The position numbers and the translations under genes are program-made. Positions 55,849 through 63,883 of a stretch of DNA of 64,000 nucleotides are shown here, in pieces. This stretch comes from Parcubacteria group bacterium (GTDB taxonomy: Bacteria > Patescibacteriota > Minisyncoccia > Moranbacterales > UBA2206). The stretch lies in the NCBI GenBank assembly GCA_041661275.1, contig JBAZUU010000002.1, positions 137,148-201,147 of the forward strand. The letters run 5' to 3'. The notes beneath the pieces were generated by a model. It saw nothing but the letters and a program-made list of their open reading frames with translations. It made no database searches and had not been told where the DNA came from. Every line of letters begins with the position of its first letter. The stretch's first letter is position 1.

Positions 55849-57480
55849 ATGAAAAACCGAAAGTACATCTTTGTTGTCGGGGGAGTGATGAGTGGTGTGG
55901 GAAAAGGGATAACCACATCTTCCATTGGGGCGATTCTGAAAGCGCGCGGATTCAATATTACGGCGCTAAAGATTGATCCTTATATCAATGTTGACGCGGG
56001 AACGATGAATCCGACCGAACACGGAGAAGTATTTGTTTTGGATGATGGCGATGAAACCGACCAGGATATGGGGAATTATGAGAGATTTTTGGATATAACT
56101 TTGACTCGCGATAATTATATGACCACTGGCCGAGTCTATGAAACAGTAATCCACAAAGAAAGAAATTTGGAATATAAAGGAAGATGTGTGGAAGTAGTTC
56201 CGCATATTCCTATGGAAGTCATTGAGCGGATCGAAAAAGCTTCTCGCAAAGCCAAATCAGACATCACTCTCGTGGAAATAGGCGGAACAGTCGGGGAATA
56301 TCAGAATATACTTTTTCTGGAAGCGGCCAGGATGATGAAAATAAAATATCCGGACGACGTGATGTTTGTTATGGTAAGCTATGTTCCTATTCCATCGAAG
56401 GTCGGCGAAATGAAAACAAAACCGACGCAATATGCTGTCCGAACGCTAAATGGTGCCGGAATTTTGCCGGACGTTATCATTGCCAGAAGTGAAACCTATC
56501 TTGACCAGAAAAGAAAAGAAAAGATCGCTATGTTTTGCAATATTCCGGAGCGCTATGTCATTTCCGCGCCTGACGTGGAAAGTATTTACGAAGTGCTTAT
56601 CAACTTTGAGCGCGATGATTTGAGCCGGTTAATTTTGAAAAAATTAGACCTACCATACAAAAAAACCAATCTTAATGATTGGTATAATTTGATGGACAAT
56701 ATTAAAAATGCCAAAGAGAAAGTAAAAATTGGGGTGGTGGGAAAATATTTCGGTACCGGTGATTTTATCCTTTCCGACGCGTATATTTCGGTTTTGGAAG
56801 CTATCAAGCATGCAGCGTATAAGCTAAAAGTAAAGCCGGAGATCAGCTGGATAAATAGTGAACTTTTTGAGCGTGAACCGGAAAAACTGGAGGAGCTTAA
56901 AAATTATGACGGTGTTATCATTCCGGGCGGGTTTGGTTCTCGTGGAGTAGAAGGAAAAATTGCTGCCATAAAATATCTTCGTGAAAACAAAATTCCATTT
57001 TTTGGACTTTGTTATGGAATGCAGTTAGCAGTGATTGAATATACCAGAAATGTTTTAGGCTGCAAAGATGCTAATACCACGGAAATAAATAGAAATACAA
57101 GTTGCCCAGTGATTGACATTATGCGGGAACAAAAGAAAAATCTGAAGGATTCTAACTATGGCGCCACAATGCGACTTGGAGCTTATCCGGCGATTTTGAA
57201 AAAGGGAACAACTGCATATCGAGCTTATGGGAAAGGGAAAATTTCCGAACGTCACAGGCACAGGTGGGAAGTTAATCCTGAATATATCGAGAAACTGGAA
57301 AAAGCCGGGCTAGTTTTTTCCGGAATTTCTCCTGACCGAAAACTGATGGAAATTACAGAACTGCCGAAAACTATCCACCCATTCTTTCTTGGCACGCAAT
57401 TTCATCCGGAGTTGAAATCAAAACCATTGAATGCTCACCCACTTTTTTATGAATTTGTGAAAGTAGCCAGCAAAAAATAG
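55849..57480 (+). CDS. pyrG: CTP synthase
   Basis: KYIFVVGGVMSGVGKGI..; GATase domain GLCYGMQ; 543 aa. Confidence 0.95.
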   Translation: MKNRKYIFVVGGVMSGVGKGITTSSIGAILKARGFNITALKIDPYINVDAGTMNPTEHGEVFVLDDGDETDQDMGNYERFLDITLTRDNYMTTGRVYETVIHKERNLEYKGRCVEVVPHIPMEVIERIEKASRKAKSDITLVEIGGTVGEYQNILFLEAARMMKIKYPDDVMFVMVSYVPIPSKVGEMKTKPTQYAVRTLNGAGILPDVIIARSETYLDQKRKEKIAMFCNIPERYVISAPDVESIYEVLINFERDDLSRLILKKLDLPYKKTNLNDWYNLMDNIKNAKEKVKIGVVGKYFGTGDFILSDAYISVLEAIKHAAYKLKVKPEISWINSELFEREPEKLEELKNYDGVIIPGGFGSRGVEGKIAAIKYLRENKIPFFGLCYGMQLAVIEYTRNVLGCKDANTTEINRNTSCPVIDIMREQKKNLKDSNYGATMRLGAYPAILKKGTTAYRAYGKGKISERHRHRWEVNPEYIEKLEKAGLVFSGISPDRKLMEITELPKTIHPFFLGTQFHPELKSKPLNAHPLFYEFVKVASKK

Positions 57481-57554
57481 GAATTAATCCGAGATTTTGA
57501 AGTCAAAAAGCCCCGCTCAAGCAGGACTTTTGATATTTTCAATTTTAATACGAC

Positions 57555-57827
57555 CTACTCTACCGAAACCAATCTTCGCATGGTCAATTTTCCTGTGAAT
57601 GAGGGCATTTTTCTGGTAGAAAATTTTACCACACCGTCTTTCATCGCAAAAAGAGTATCATCTTCGCCACGCTTAACATTTTTTCCGGGATGAAATTTGG
57701 TTCCGCGCTGACGGATGATAATTTGTCCGATTTTTACTTTTTCTCCACCAAAAAGCTTCACTCCTAATCTTTTAGAAATGGAATCTCGTCCTAGTTGGGT
57801 AGAGCCGCCGGCTTTTCTGTGCGCCAT
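57555..57827 (-). CDS. rpmA: 50S ribosomal protein L27
   Basis: [29 protein letters not shown]. Confidence 0.9.
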   Translation of the reverse strand: MAHRKAGGSTQLGRDSISKRLGVKLFGGEKVKIGQIIIRQRGTKFHPGKNVKRGEDDTLFAMKDGVVKFSTRKMPSFTGKLTMRRLVSVE

Positions 57828-57847
57828 ATAATTAGTAACTTACATTA

Positions 57848-57913
57848 TCCTCCTCTCCCTTTGGGAGAGGATGTCAGCCTGAATTTTCTTAAATTCTGGC
57901 TGACAGGAGAGGG
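57848..57913. repeat. MITE/REP-like element family 2, type A copy
   Basis: CCTCTCCCTTTGGGAGAGGATGTCAGCCTGAATTTTCTTAAATTCTGGCTGACAGGAGAGGGA, ~90% identical to 37173-37239. Confidence 0.6.
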
Positions 57914-57981
57914 ACAATATAGCTAAAAAGATAAACTTTATTTACAGAACGTAGTTTATCAAGTATATGATATAATGTCAA

Positions 57982-58082
57982 CCCCGTATAGAAATCAGAC
58001 AACTTTAATGGTATATTATATATAGTCTTAATCTATAATAAAATATTGGTTAAGAAAATAACTCGTCTGATTTCTAACGGGG
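57982..58082. repeat. Family 3 inverted-repeat element (arms CCCCGTATAGAAATCAGAC / GTCTGATTTCTAACGGGG, ~60-nt AT-rich loop)
   Basis: Arm sequence shared with the 50697-50743 hairpin. The right arm overlaps the annotated TTG start region of the next gene. Confidence 0.5.
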
Positions 58083-58087
58083 TAAAT

Positions 58088-58498
58088 ATGCTGGTTAAAA
58101 TAAAAGAAATACTAAAAAATAATGAATATAAGATCATTCTTGTTTTTGGCTTTATCTTGGTAGCTGTTCTATCGTTTGAGGCGGGAATGATGAAAGGTCA
58201 AGCTATAAAACAAAATCAAGTGGTTGTCAATAGCAACAGTGCTGAAACTGTTTGTGGGGCGAGTTCCGGCCAGGCTACCGAAGCCTCAAATTTGACCTCT
58301 GAGGACGCCAAACCCGGAGATAATAAAAATATACCACCCCAAAACTGTGCCTTTGTTGGTTCTAAAAATTCCAATAAATATCATCTTCCAACCTGCCAAT
58401 ATGCCAAGAGGATTAAGCCGGAAAATACCACTTGCTTTAAGGATAAAAATGAGGCAGAATTAAGAGGGTATCAGCCCGATAAGAGTTGCATCAAATAA
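58088..58498 (+). CDS. Membrane-anchored protein with C-terminal Ada-type zinc-binding-like domain; ATG at 58088 preferred over the TTG at 58046
   Basis: TM helix ILVFGFILVAVLSF. KYHLPTCQYAKRIKPENTTCFKDKNEAELRGYQPDKSC resembles the Ada metal-binding motif (YH.P.C...I...N..F....EA...GY.PC). Confidence 0.5.
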   Translation: MLVKIKEILKNNEYKIILVFGFILVAVLSFEAGMMKGQAIKQNQVVVNSNSAETVCGASSGQATEASNLTSEDAKPGDNKNIPPQNCAFVGSKNSNKYHLPTCQYAKRIKPENTTCFKDKNEAELRGYQPDKSCIK

Positions 58499-58502
58499 AC
58501 TT

Positions 58503-59219
58503 TTGCATATACATAATCTTATGAAAAACGGCAAAAAAATAATTGTCATATCTTTGGGTGGGTCGCTTATCGTTCCAAAGCATATTGACTGGCGTTTTTT
58601 GAAAAAATTCAGGGAACTGATATTAAAACAGATAAAGAAAGGAAAAAAATTTATTATTATCACCGGCGGAGGTTATGCCGCCCGTGAATACCAGAATGAT
58701 GCCTGCAAAGTGACAGAACTGACGACTAATGATCGCGACTGGCTGGGAATCCACGCCACCCGCATGAACGCGCATCTTGTTCGCACTATTTTCAGAGATT
58801 TCTCCCACCCCAGAATCAACAAAAATCCCAATGATCTTGAGGATTTTTTTAATTTCAAGGAAAGCATCCTGGTAGCGGCCGGATGGCGTCCTGGATTTTC
58901 CACCGATTTTGACGCAGTGACTTTGGGAAAATATTTTGGCGTGAAAAATGTTGTCAATTTGTCTAATATAGATTATGTTTATAATAAGGATCCAAAAAAA
59001 TTCAAAAGTGCCAAAAAGATTCGAGAAATTTCCTGGACAGAATTTAGGAAGATAGTAGGGGATAAGTGGGATCCGGGACTTAATGCTCCTTTTGACCCGA
59101 TTGCTTCCAAAATTGCGCAGGAGGCTCAAATGGAAGTAGTCATCATGAATGGAAAAAAATTGAAAAATTTGGAAAGTTACTTGGAAGGAAAAAAATTCAC
59201 CGGGACGGTGATAAAATAA
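58503..59219 (+). CDS. pyrH: Amino-acid-kinase family protein, probably archaeal-type UMP kinase
   Basis: KIIVISLGGSLI and ITGGGYAAREY motifs; 238 aa. Confidence 0.55.
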   Translation: MHIHNLMKNGKKIIVISLGGSLIVPKHIDWRFLKKFRELILKQIKKGKKFIIITGGGYAAREYQNDACKVTELTTNDRDWLGIHATRMNAHLVRTIFRDFSHPRINKNPNDLEDFFNFKESILVAAGWRPGFSTDFDAVTLGKYFGVKNVVNLSNIDYVYNKDPKKFKSAKKIREISWTEFRKIVGDKWDPGLNAPFDPIASKIAQEAQMEVVIMNGKKLKNLESYLEGKKFTGTVIK

Positions 59220-59242
59220 ATCAAACCATAAATTTCTATGCT

Positions 59243-59707
59243 TTGAACAAAGCGAATAGGGAGGGGTTTATGAAACGATTTACGGCTGGTGATGCAAGGT
59301 TAGTAACTAAAAAGAACGGAAAAGAAGTCCTGTCGGCTAGCGACGACCCAGACGAGAGCATTAAACAGCGAATTATAGAGGTGATGCGCAAGAAAGCCGT
59401 TGGTGATGAAAAAAAAGCGCATGTTTATTTCGATCCGGATGGCGCGCCTGGGTCTCATCTCTATTTTGATCCAAGGGACGAATCCTTGCTGGATCAGCTC
59501 CGGTATCTGGATAAGAAAAGAAGATGGATCGTCAAAGAACTGGTCGCGGTTGGATATCGCGTCATTGTTTCGAAGGAGATGGTTTGTCGTATATGTACTG
59601 GCTTGCCCAGTAATCCGTGCGATGAGTGCAATGGCAAAAAACCTGTTGGCATCTCATTTGAACGTCAGGATTGGATTTCCTACAGTTACATAGAAGTACG
59701 CTGGTAA
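59243..59707 (+). CDS. Hypothetical protein with C-terminal CxxC..CxxC zinc ribbon
   Basis: CRICTGLPSNPCDECNGK; no family match. Confidence 0.45.
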   Translation: MNKANREGFMKRFTAGDARLVTKKNGKEVLSASDDPDESIKQRIIEVMRKKAVGDEKKAHVYFDPDGAPGSHLYFDPRDESLLDQLRYLDKKRRWIVKELVAVGYRVIVSKEMVCRICTGLPSNPCDECNGKKPVGISFERQDWISYSYIEVRW

Positions 59708-59796
59708 AAGCAACGTGGGTCGGGGAGAACTCTCTCCGACCCAAGAAATATAAAAACAAAACCCCGAAAGGGATTTTTTTGTTTGTGAAAAAATAT

Positions 59797-60267
59797 TTAT
59801 TTGAATCTGATCTTGTGATATTTGAGCAAAAAATAAAGAAGAAAATAAAAGACCAGGGAAATAGCAAGAGAGACAATTATAAATCCGGTGATAAGTGGCA
59901 GGAGCAAGTTAGTGAAAATTGTTTCTGTAAAAAAATATTTCCAGCCCAAATTATGAGTGGCTTTAAAGTTATTTATAAGAGTTTCGGAATTAGTATGAAA
60001 TAAAAATCCGCCCACTGTTGCGGCCAGAGACATAATGAGAAAGGTCGTCCACATGTTGACGGCTAAAACGCCAGCAGTAGCCGAGAGGCGGTTAAAACGC
60101 AAAATAGAAGCCGTAATCAGCGTTGTGGCCACGCCTTCCCCGGGCATAATGCCCCAAAAAATACCCAAAGCCGCTCCGGCTGCGACTTTATGGGGAGAAT
60201 CGTCAATGAGGAAGAATTTTTTGATGAAGTTTTTGATTTTTTGAAGCATATAATAATGCGCCGTCAT
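59797..60267 (-). CDS. DUF2062-family membrane protein
   Basis: DDSPHKVAAGAALGIFWGIMPGEGVATTLITASILR matches the DUF2062 core. Confidence 0.6.
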   Translation of the reverse strand: MTAHYYMLQKIKNFIKKFFLIDDSPHKVAAGAALGIFWGIMPGEGVATTLITASILRFNRLSATAGVLAVNMWTTFLIMSLAATVGGFLFHTNSETLINNFKATHNLGWKYFFTETIFTNLLLPLITGFIIVSLAISLVFYFLLYFLLKYHKIRFK

Positions 60268-60425
60268 CCCGAGCGTAGTGATGTCGCATAGCGACAGAAC
60301 GCAGTCGAGGGATCTGCTTTACATTATTTCTGGCTATAATTTCTGCCAGTAATAAAACTAGAAGTAGTCATTAGCAGATCCTTCGACTTCGTTCGGATAA
60401 ATCCTCACTCCGCTCAGAATGACGG
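60261..60425. mobile_element. MITE family 1 copy (~165 nt), intergenic
   Basis: TIRs CCGTCATCCCGAGCGTAGTGATG / CCTCACTCCGCTCAGAATGACGG and internal blocks matching 48318-48451. Confidence 0.65.
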
Positions 60426-60434
60426 GAAACGGGG

Positions 60435-61559
60435 TTATTTCTTTTTTACTATTAAACTGGCACTTTCCTTATCCACTACTTTGGCTTTTTCCACTCCTTG
60501 TCTGGCTTCCAGCGGCAAAACACCCAAAATATTTCTAAGCGCGATACCGTCAACTTTTCTGATGTCGTCCCACTTTCCAAGCGGTTCCAAAATTTCTTTT
60601 AATTTTTTATCATCATATTTATATGTCTTGCGCAAAGTTCTGGCGATTATCCCACCTTCGGAAAAAACCCGTTCCACGCCTTCCTGGTTCATATAATTGA
60701 CAATATCTTCCTGCAACTTTCCAATTCTTTCTTTGGTTATATTCATGGCCGAGCGTAGTTCGATAAATTCAGAAATCAGATTATTAACTTCTTCTGTATC
60801 AATTTTTCGCAGCTCCTTAAATTTATGTTTCCACATCGGGCATTGATTTTGATATCCGCACCAGTCGCAAAGAGGGGATACTTGCGGCTCAAATTTGCTT
60901 TCTTTTATTTTGGCGATAGTTTCCAGAAATTGTTTGCGGCTTGATTCCAATTGTTCTTCGGTTCTTGTGGCCGAAAGTTTTACGCCGTGCTTTAGAAAAT
61001 ATAAACTGACTTTTATTTTATCCAAATTATTTTTTTCGTTGGGGTATTGAGAAAGAAAAGCGTTCAGATATACCGAAAGCTGGATGTCGTTTTCCACTCG
61101 CTCTTGCGTCGGCATCTTTTTGGTCGTTTTATAATCAATAATTTCATATCCATCATCCGTCCGGTCAATGCGGTCAATGATGCCAGAGATGATATGATTC
61201 TCGTCCTCGCCTGGCAGTTCGATTTGAAAGCGCGATTCCAAGTTCACGATATTAAAATCAACCGGATTATTCCGCTTGAAATAGTCCTGGATAATTTTCA
61301 CGCCCTGGGTAAAAGCAGCCCGTTCTTCGTCCGGATTTTCGAAAATTACCGGATTCCAGGAATTAGAAAAATGTTCCATGGCCTGGTCTAGGTTGGGGGA
61401 TATGATACCCGGAGTATGGATAAATTTCATAACATCATGCAAGGTCGAGCCAAAAACCGCCTCTTTGGATTTGGGCGTCCTGATCTTGTCAATTTCCTGA
61501 AACTTATATTTCAGGGGGCAAGTTCTGTATGTGTCAAAAGCACTGTATGAAATACGCAT
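60435..61559 (-). CDS. PD-(D/E)XK nuclease superfamily protein (RecB/Cas4-like domain) with C-terminal Cys cluster
   Basis: IDRIDRTDDGYEIIDYKT (D..E.DYK) motif; C-terminal CDWCGYQNQCPMW cysteines. Confidence 0.65.
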   Translation of the reverse strand: MRISYSAFDTYRTCPLKYKFQEIDKIRTPKSKEAVFGSTLHDVMKFIHTPGIISPNLDQAMEHFSNSWNPVIFENPDEERAAFTQGVKIIQDYFKRNNPVDFNIVNLESRFQIELPGEDENHIISGIIDRIDRTDDGYEIIDYKTTKKMPTQERVENDIQLSVYLNAFLSQYPNEKNNLDKIKVSLYFLKHGVKLSATRTEEQLESSRKQFLETIAKIKESKFEPQVSPLCDWCGYQNQCPMWKHKFKELRKIDTEEVNNLISEFIELRSAMNITKERIGKLQEDIVNYMNQEGVERVFSEGGIIARTLRKTYKYDDKKLKEILEPLGKWDDIRKVDGIALRNILGVLPLEARQGVEKAKVVDKESASLIVKKK

Positions 61560-61729
61560 AAAAATGGTATAAAGTATACGGTATTTAGTAGCTAGTATGG
61601 GAATTATAGCATAAATATCGAGGCTGTGGATAACTTTCTTTGACTTAATTTTTAATCAATGAAAGAATAAAAATAACAGTTCTTTCTTCGAATATGATTG
61701 GTGAGGCGTGGAATTAGCCCAAACTCTAG

Positions 61730-61972
61730 CCTATACGAGTGGAGGGTTGCAGGATTGCTGTCTGTCAATAACGGACCGACAGAGACAAAAAGGATAGGAG
61801 ATATACACAATATGGCTCTTTCCTTGCATATCCTGAGTAGGATCATAGATCCGAAGCAGGGAGTTACCTCCCAAGGCTAAACCCTCGCCAATTATCTTTT
61901 CATCACATTTCATCACATTTTTTCTCTTTCCGGCACTATCTTATCTCTATCAGATAGTGCTTTTTCTTTTTG
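61730..61972 (+). ncRNA. Candidate structured non-coding RNA (unknown class) with its own terminator, upstream of iscR
   Basis: Enclosing helix TGGAGGGTT/AACCCTCGCCA around four local hairpins. Terminator CACTATCT-N10-AGATAGTG plus CTTTTTCTTTTTG (61934-61972) on the plus strand, although the upstream gene is on the minus strand. Confidence 0.3.
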
Positions 61973-62001
61973 TTGACAAAATTTGATACGCTTAGTATTA
62001 T
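61973..62001 (+). promoter_or_regulatory. Sigma70-like promoter of iscR (TTGACA-N17-TATTAT)
   Basis: Consensus -35 (61973-61978) and near-consensus -10 (61996-62001), ~30 nt upstream of the start codon. Confidence 0.55.
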
Positions 62002-62032
62002 TAACATATACTAATATAGTAGGAATAAGAAA

Positions 62033-62419
62033 ATGAAATTTTCAACTAGAGCTGAATATGGGTTAAAAGCTATGGTCAATTTGGCCAGATGTTATCCGGA
62101 ACAAAAAAATATCAAGGCTATAAGTCGCGATGAAAATATCTCGGTGAAATATCTGGAACGACTAGTAGGGGAATTGAGAAAAAATAATCTAGTCACCAGC
62201 CAGATCGGAAAAAGTGGGGGATATACCCTGGCTAAAAAACCAGCTCTCATAAAAGTCGGAGAAATTATTGAAATTGTTGAAGGGCCGATCGCGCCGATGG
62301 GATGCGTGGGAAAGAAATGTGCTATGGAAAAGAAATGTACATCTTCTATTGTATGGAATAAGGTAGGAGTGCAAATAAAAAAGACTTTGTATGGGATAAA
62401 ATTAAGTGAATTAATATAA
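62033..62419 (+). CDS. iscR: Rrf2-family transcriptional regulator (IscR-like)
   Basis: MKFSTRAEYGLKAMVNLA.. wHTH plus three Cys (C92, C97, C103-like); directly upstream of iscS. Confidence 0.85.
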   Translation: MKFSTRAEYGLKAMVNLARCYPEQKNIKAISRDENISVKYLERLVGELRKNNLVTSQIGKSGGYTLAKKPALIKVGEIIEIVEGPIAPMGCVGKKCAMEKKCTSSIVWNKVGVQIKKTLYGIKLSELI

Positions 62420-62424
62420 GCGAG

Positions 62425-62481
62425 CTCTCCTTCTCTCCCTTTGGGAGAGAAGTCCTGATTCTTATCAGGACAGAGAGGGAA
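62425..62481. repeat. MITE/REP-like element family 2, type A variant
   Basis: TCTCTCCC-TTTG-GGAGAGA + AGTCCTGAT-TCT-TATCAGGAC + AGAGAGGGA. Confidence 0.55.
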
Positions 62482-62524
62482 CTTAGTAAGGCAAAATATA
62501 TAATTTAGTGAATTTAACATAAAA

Positions 62525-62573
62525 CCCTCTCCTGTCGCGAAGACGCGACCTCCTCTCCCGAAGGGAGAGGAGG
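62525..62573. repeat. MITE/REP-like element family 2, type B copy
   Basis: CCCTCTCCTGTCGCGAAGACGCGACCTCCTCTCCCGAAGGGAGAGGAGG; paralog of the intragenic 41760-41808 copy. Confidence 0.6.
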
Positions 62574-62594
62574 AAGAGGAATAAATAATTTTTT

Positions 62595-63860
62595 ATGAGA
62601 AAAATTTATTTAGATCACGGAGCAACAACGCCAGTTGATAAAAAAGTATTAGCGGCCATGATGCCGTATTTTTCCGATAAGTTTGGCAATGCTATGTCTA
62701 TCCATAATTTTGGCTCTGTTGCCAATGAAGCGGTGGAAAAATCAAGGAAGCAAACTGCGGATTTTTTTGGCGCGCAGCCAGAAGAAATGATTTTTACCAG
62801 TGGCGCGACAGAATCAAATAATTTAGTGGTAAAGGGCGTATTAAATGCATATTATTTTACTCCTAAGGCACTCGGTGCCCAACACGAAGGAATAGAGAGG
62901 CACCGAGTGCCTTCAAGGCCTCATATAATCACCACTGCCTTTGAGCATCATTGCGTCCTGGATTCTTGTAAAGAAGTAGAAAAAGAAGGACTGGCTGAGG
63001 TGACTTATATTAAGCCAAATAAAGACGGGATTATAAAAGTGGAAGATATCAAAAAAGCCATCAAGTCTAACACCATTTTAGTGTCTGTTATGTATGTTAA
63101 CAACGAAATTGGAACAGTTCAGTCTATTGCCGAAATTGGAAATCTTTTACGAAATACGAAAAAAATACGAAATACGAAAGTACGAACGAAATATCCCATA
63201 TTTCACACTGACGCGACACAAGCAATTAATTATTTTGACTGTAATGTTGATAAGTTCGGTGTAGACTTATTGTCTATGTCCGCGCACAAAATTTATGGAC
63301 CGAAAGGAATCGGCGCTTTGTATATTAGAAAAGGTACGCCAATAAAAAGAGTCCAGGACGGCGGGGGACAGGAAAATAATAAACGAGCCGGGACGCATAA
63401 TGTTCCAGGTATTGTGGGCTTGGGCGCGGCCATGGAATTAGTTAAAAAGGAAAAAGTAAAAGGTAAAAGTATTTTAGAAATAAGAAATTATCTTATAGAA
63501 AGAGTATTAAAAGAAATTCCGCAGGCGAAACTGAATGGATCAAAAATAAAACGTTCTCCGAACAATGCTAATTTTTCTTTTAAAAACGTAGAAGGGGAGA
63601 GTCTTCTTATGATGCTTGATATGGAAGGTATTGCCGCTTCAACTGGCAGCGCTTGTACCTCTGGTAATCTTGAACCGTCGCACGTTCTTATGTCTCTTGG
63701 CATGAAACACGAAGACGCTCATGGGTCGCTCAGATTAACGCTTGGAAAAAGCACAACAAAAAAAGAAATTGACTATACGGTAAATAAATTAAAAAAAATC
63801 GTGGAAAAGATCAGGAAAGTCTCGGGGAAAGTTTTGGAAGAATATTATTCGAAAAAATAA
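62595..63860 (+). CDS. iscS: Cysteine desulfurase IscS/NifS, with two in-frame repeat-derived insertions
   Basis: YLDHGATTP, SAHKIYGPKG (PLP Lys) and STGSACTSG (active Cys). Insert peptides TPKALGAQHEGIERHRVPSRP and RNTKKIRNTKVRTKY come from 62865-62913 and 63147-63192. Confidence 0.9.
   Translation: MRKIYLDHGATTPVDKKVLAAMMPYFSDKFGNAMSIHNFGSVANEAVEKSRKQTADFFGAQPEEMIFTSGATESNNLVVKGVLNAYYFTPKALGAQHEGIERHRVPSRPHIITTAFEHHCVLDSCKEVEKEGLAEVTYIKPNKDGIIKVEDIKKAIKSNTILVSVMYVNNEIGTVQSIAEIGNLLRNTKKIRNTKVRTKYPIFHTDATQAINYFDCNVDKFGVDLLSMSAHKIYGPKGIGALYIRKGTPIKRVQDGGGQENNKRAGTHNVPGIVGLGAAMELVKKEKVKGKSILEIRNYLIERVLKEIPQAKLNGSKIKRSPNNANFSFKNVEGESLLMMLDMEGIAASTGSACTSGNLEPSHVLMSLGMKHEDAHGSLRLTLGKSTTKKEIDYTVNKLKKIVEKIRKVSGKVLEEYYSKK
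62865..62913. mobile_element. Perfect 15-bp-arm palindrome (AAGGCACTCGGTGCC-N19-GGCACCGAGTGCCTT) in-frame inside iscS
   Basis: Seen directly; falls between conserved IscS blocks where homologs have no extra residues. Confidence 0.6.
63147..63192. mobile_element. TACGAAA-repeat element copy, in-frame inside iscS
   Basis: TTTTACGAAATACGAAAAAAATACGAAATACGAAAGTACGAACGAAAT is almost identical to the intergenic copy at 51808-51850. Confidence 0.6.
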
Positions 63861-63883
63861 TTATTAAGATACATCTACCTATA

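Noticed and set aside
57481-57554. Bidirectional terminator between convergent pyrG and rpmA
   Set aside because: Only an imperfect stem (TCAAAAAG..CTTTTGA) without a clean GC-rich hairpin. Too weak to annotate.
61560-62032. Known ncRNA classes (RNase P RNA, SRP RNA, tmRNA, 6S) in the iscR upstream spacer
   Set aside because: None of the conserved primary-sequence hallmarks are present (GGAAAGUCCGG and AGGGUGAAA.GGUGCGGUAAGAGCGCACC for RNase P; GGAAGGAAGCAGCCAAGGCAG for SRP; a tRNA-like acceptor with CCA for tmRNA). Reported only as an unclassified candidate.
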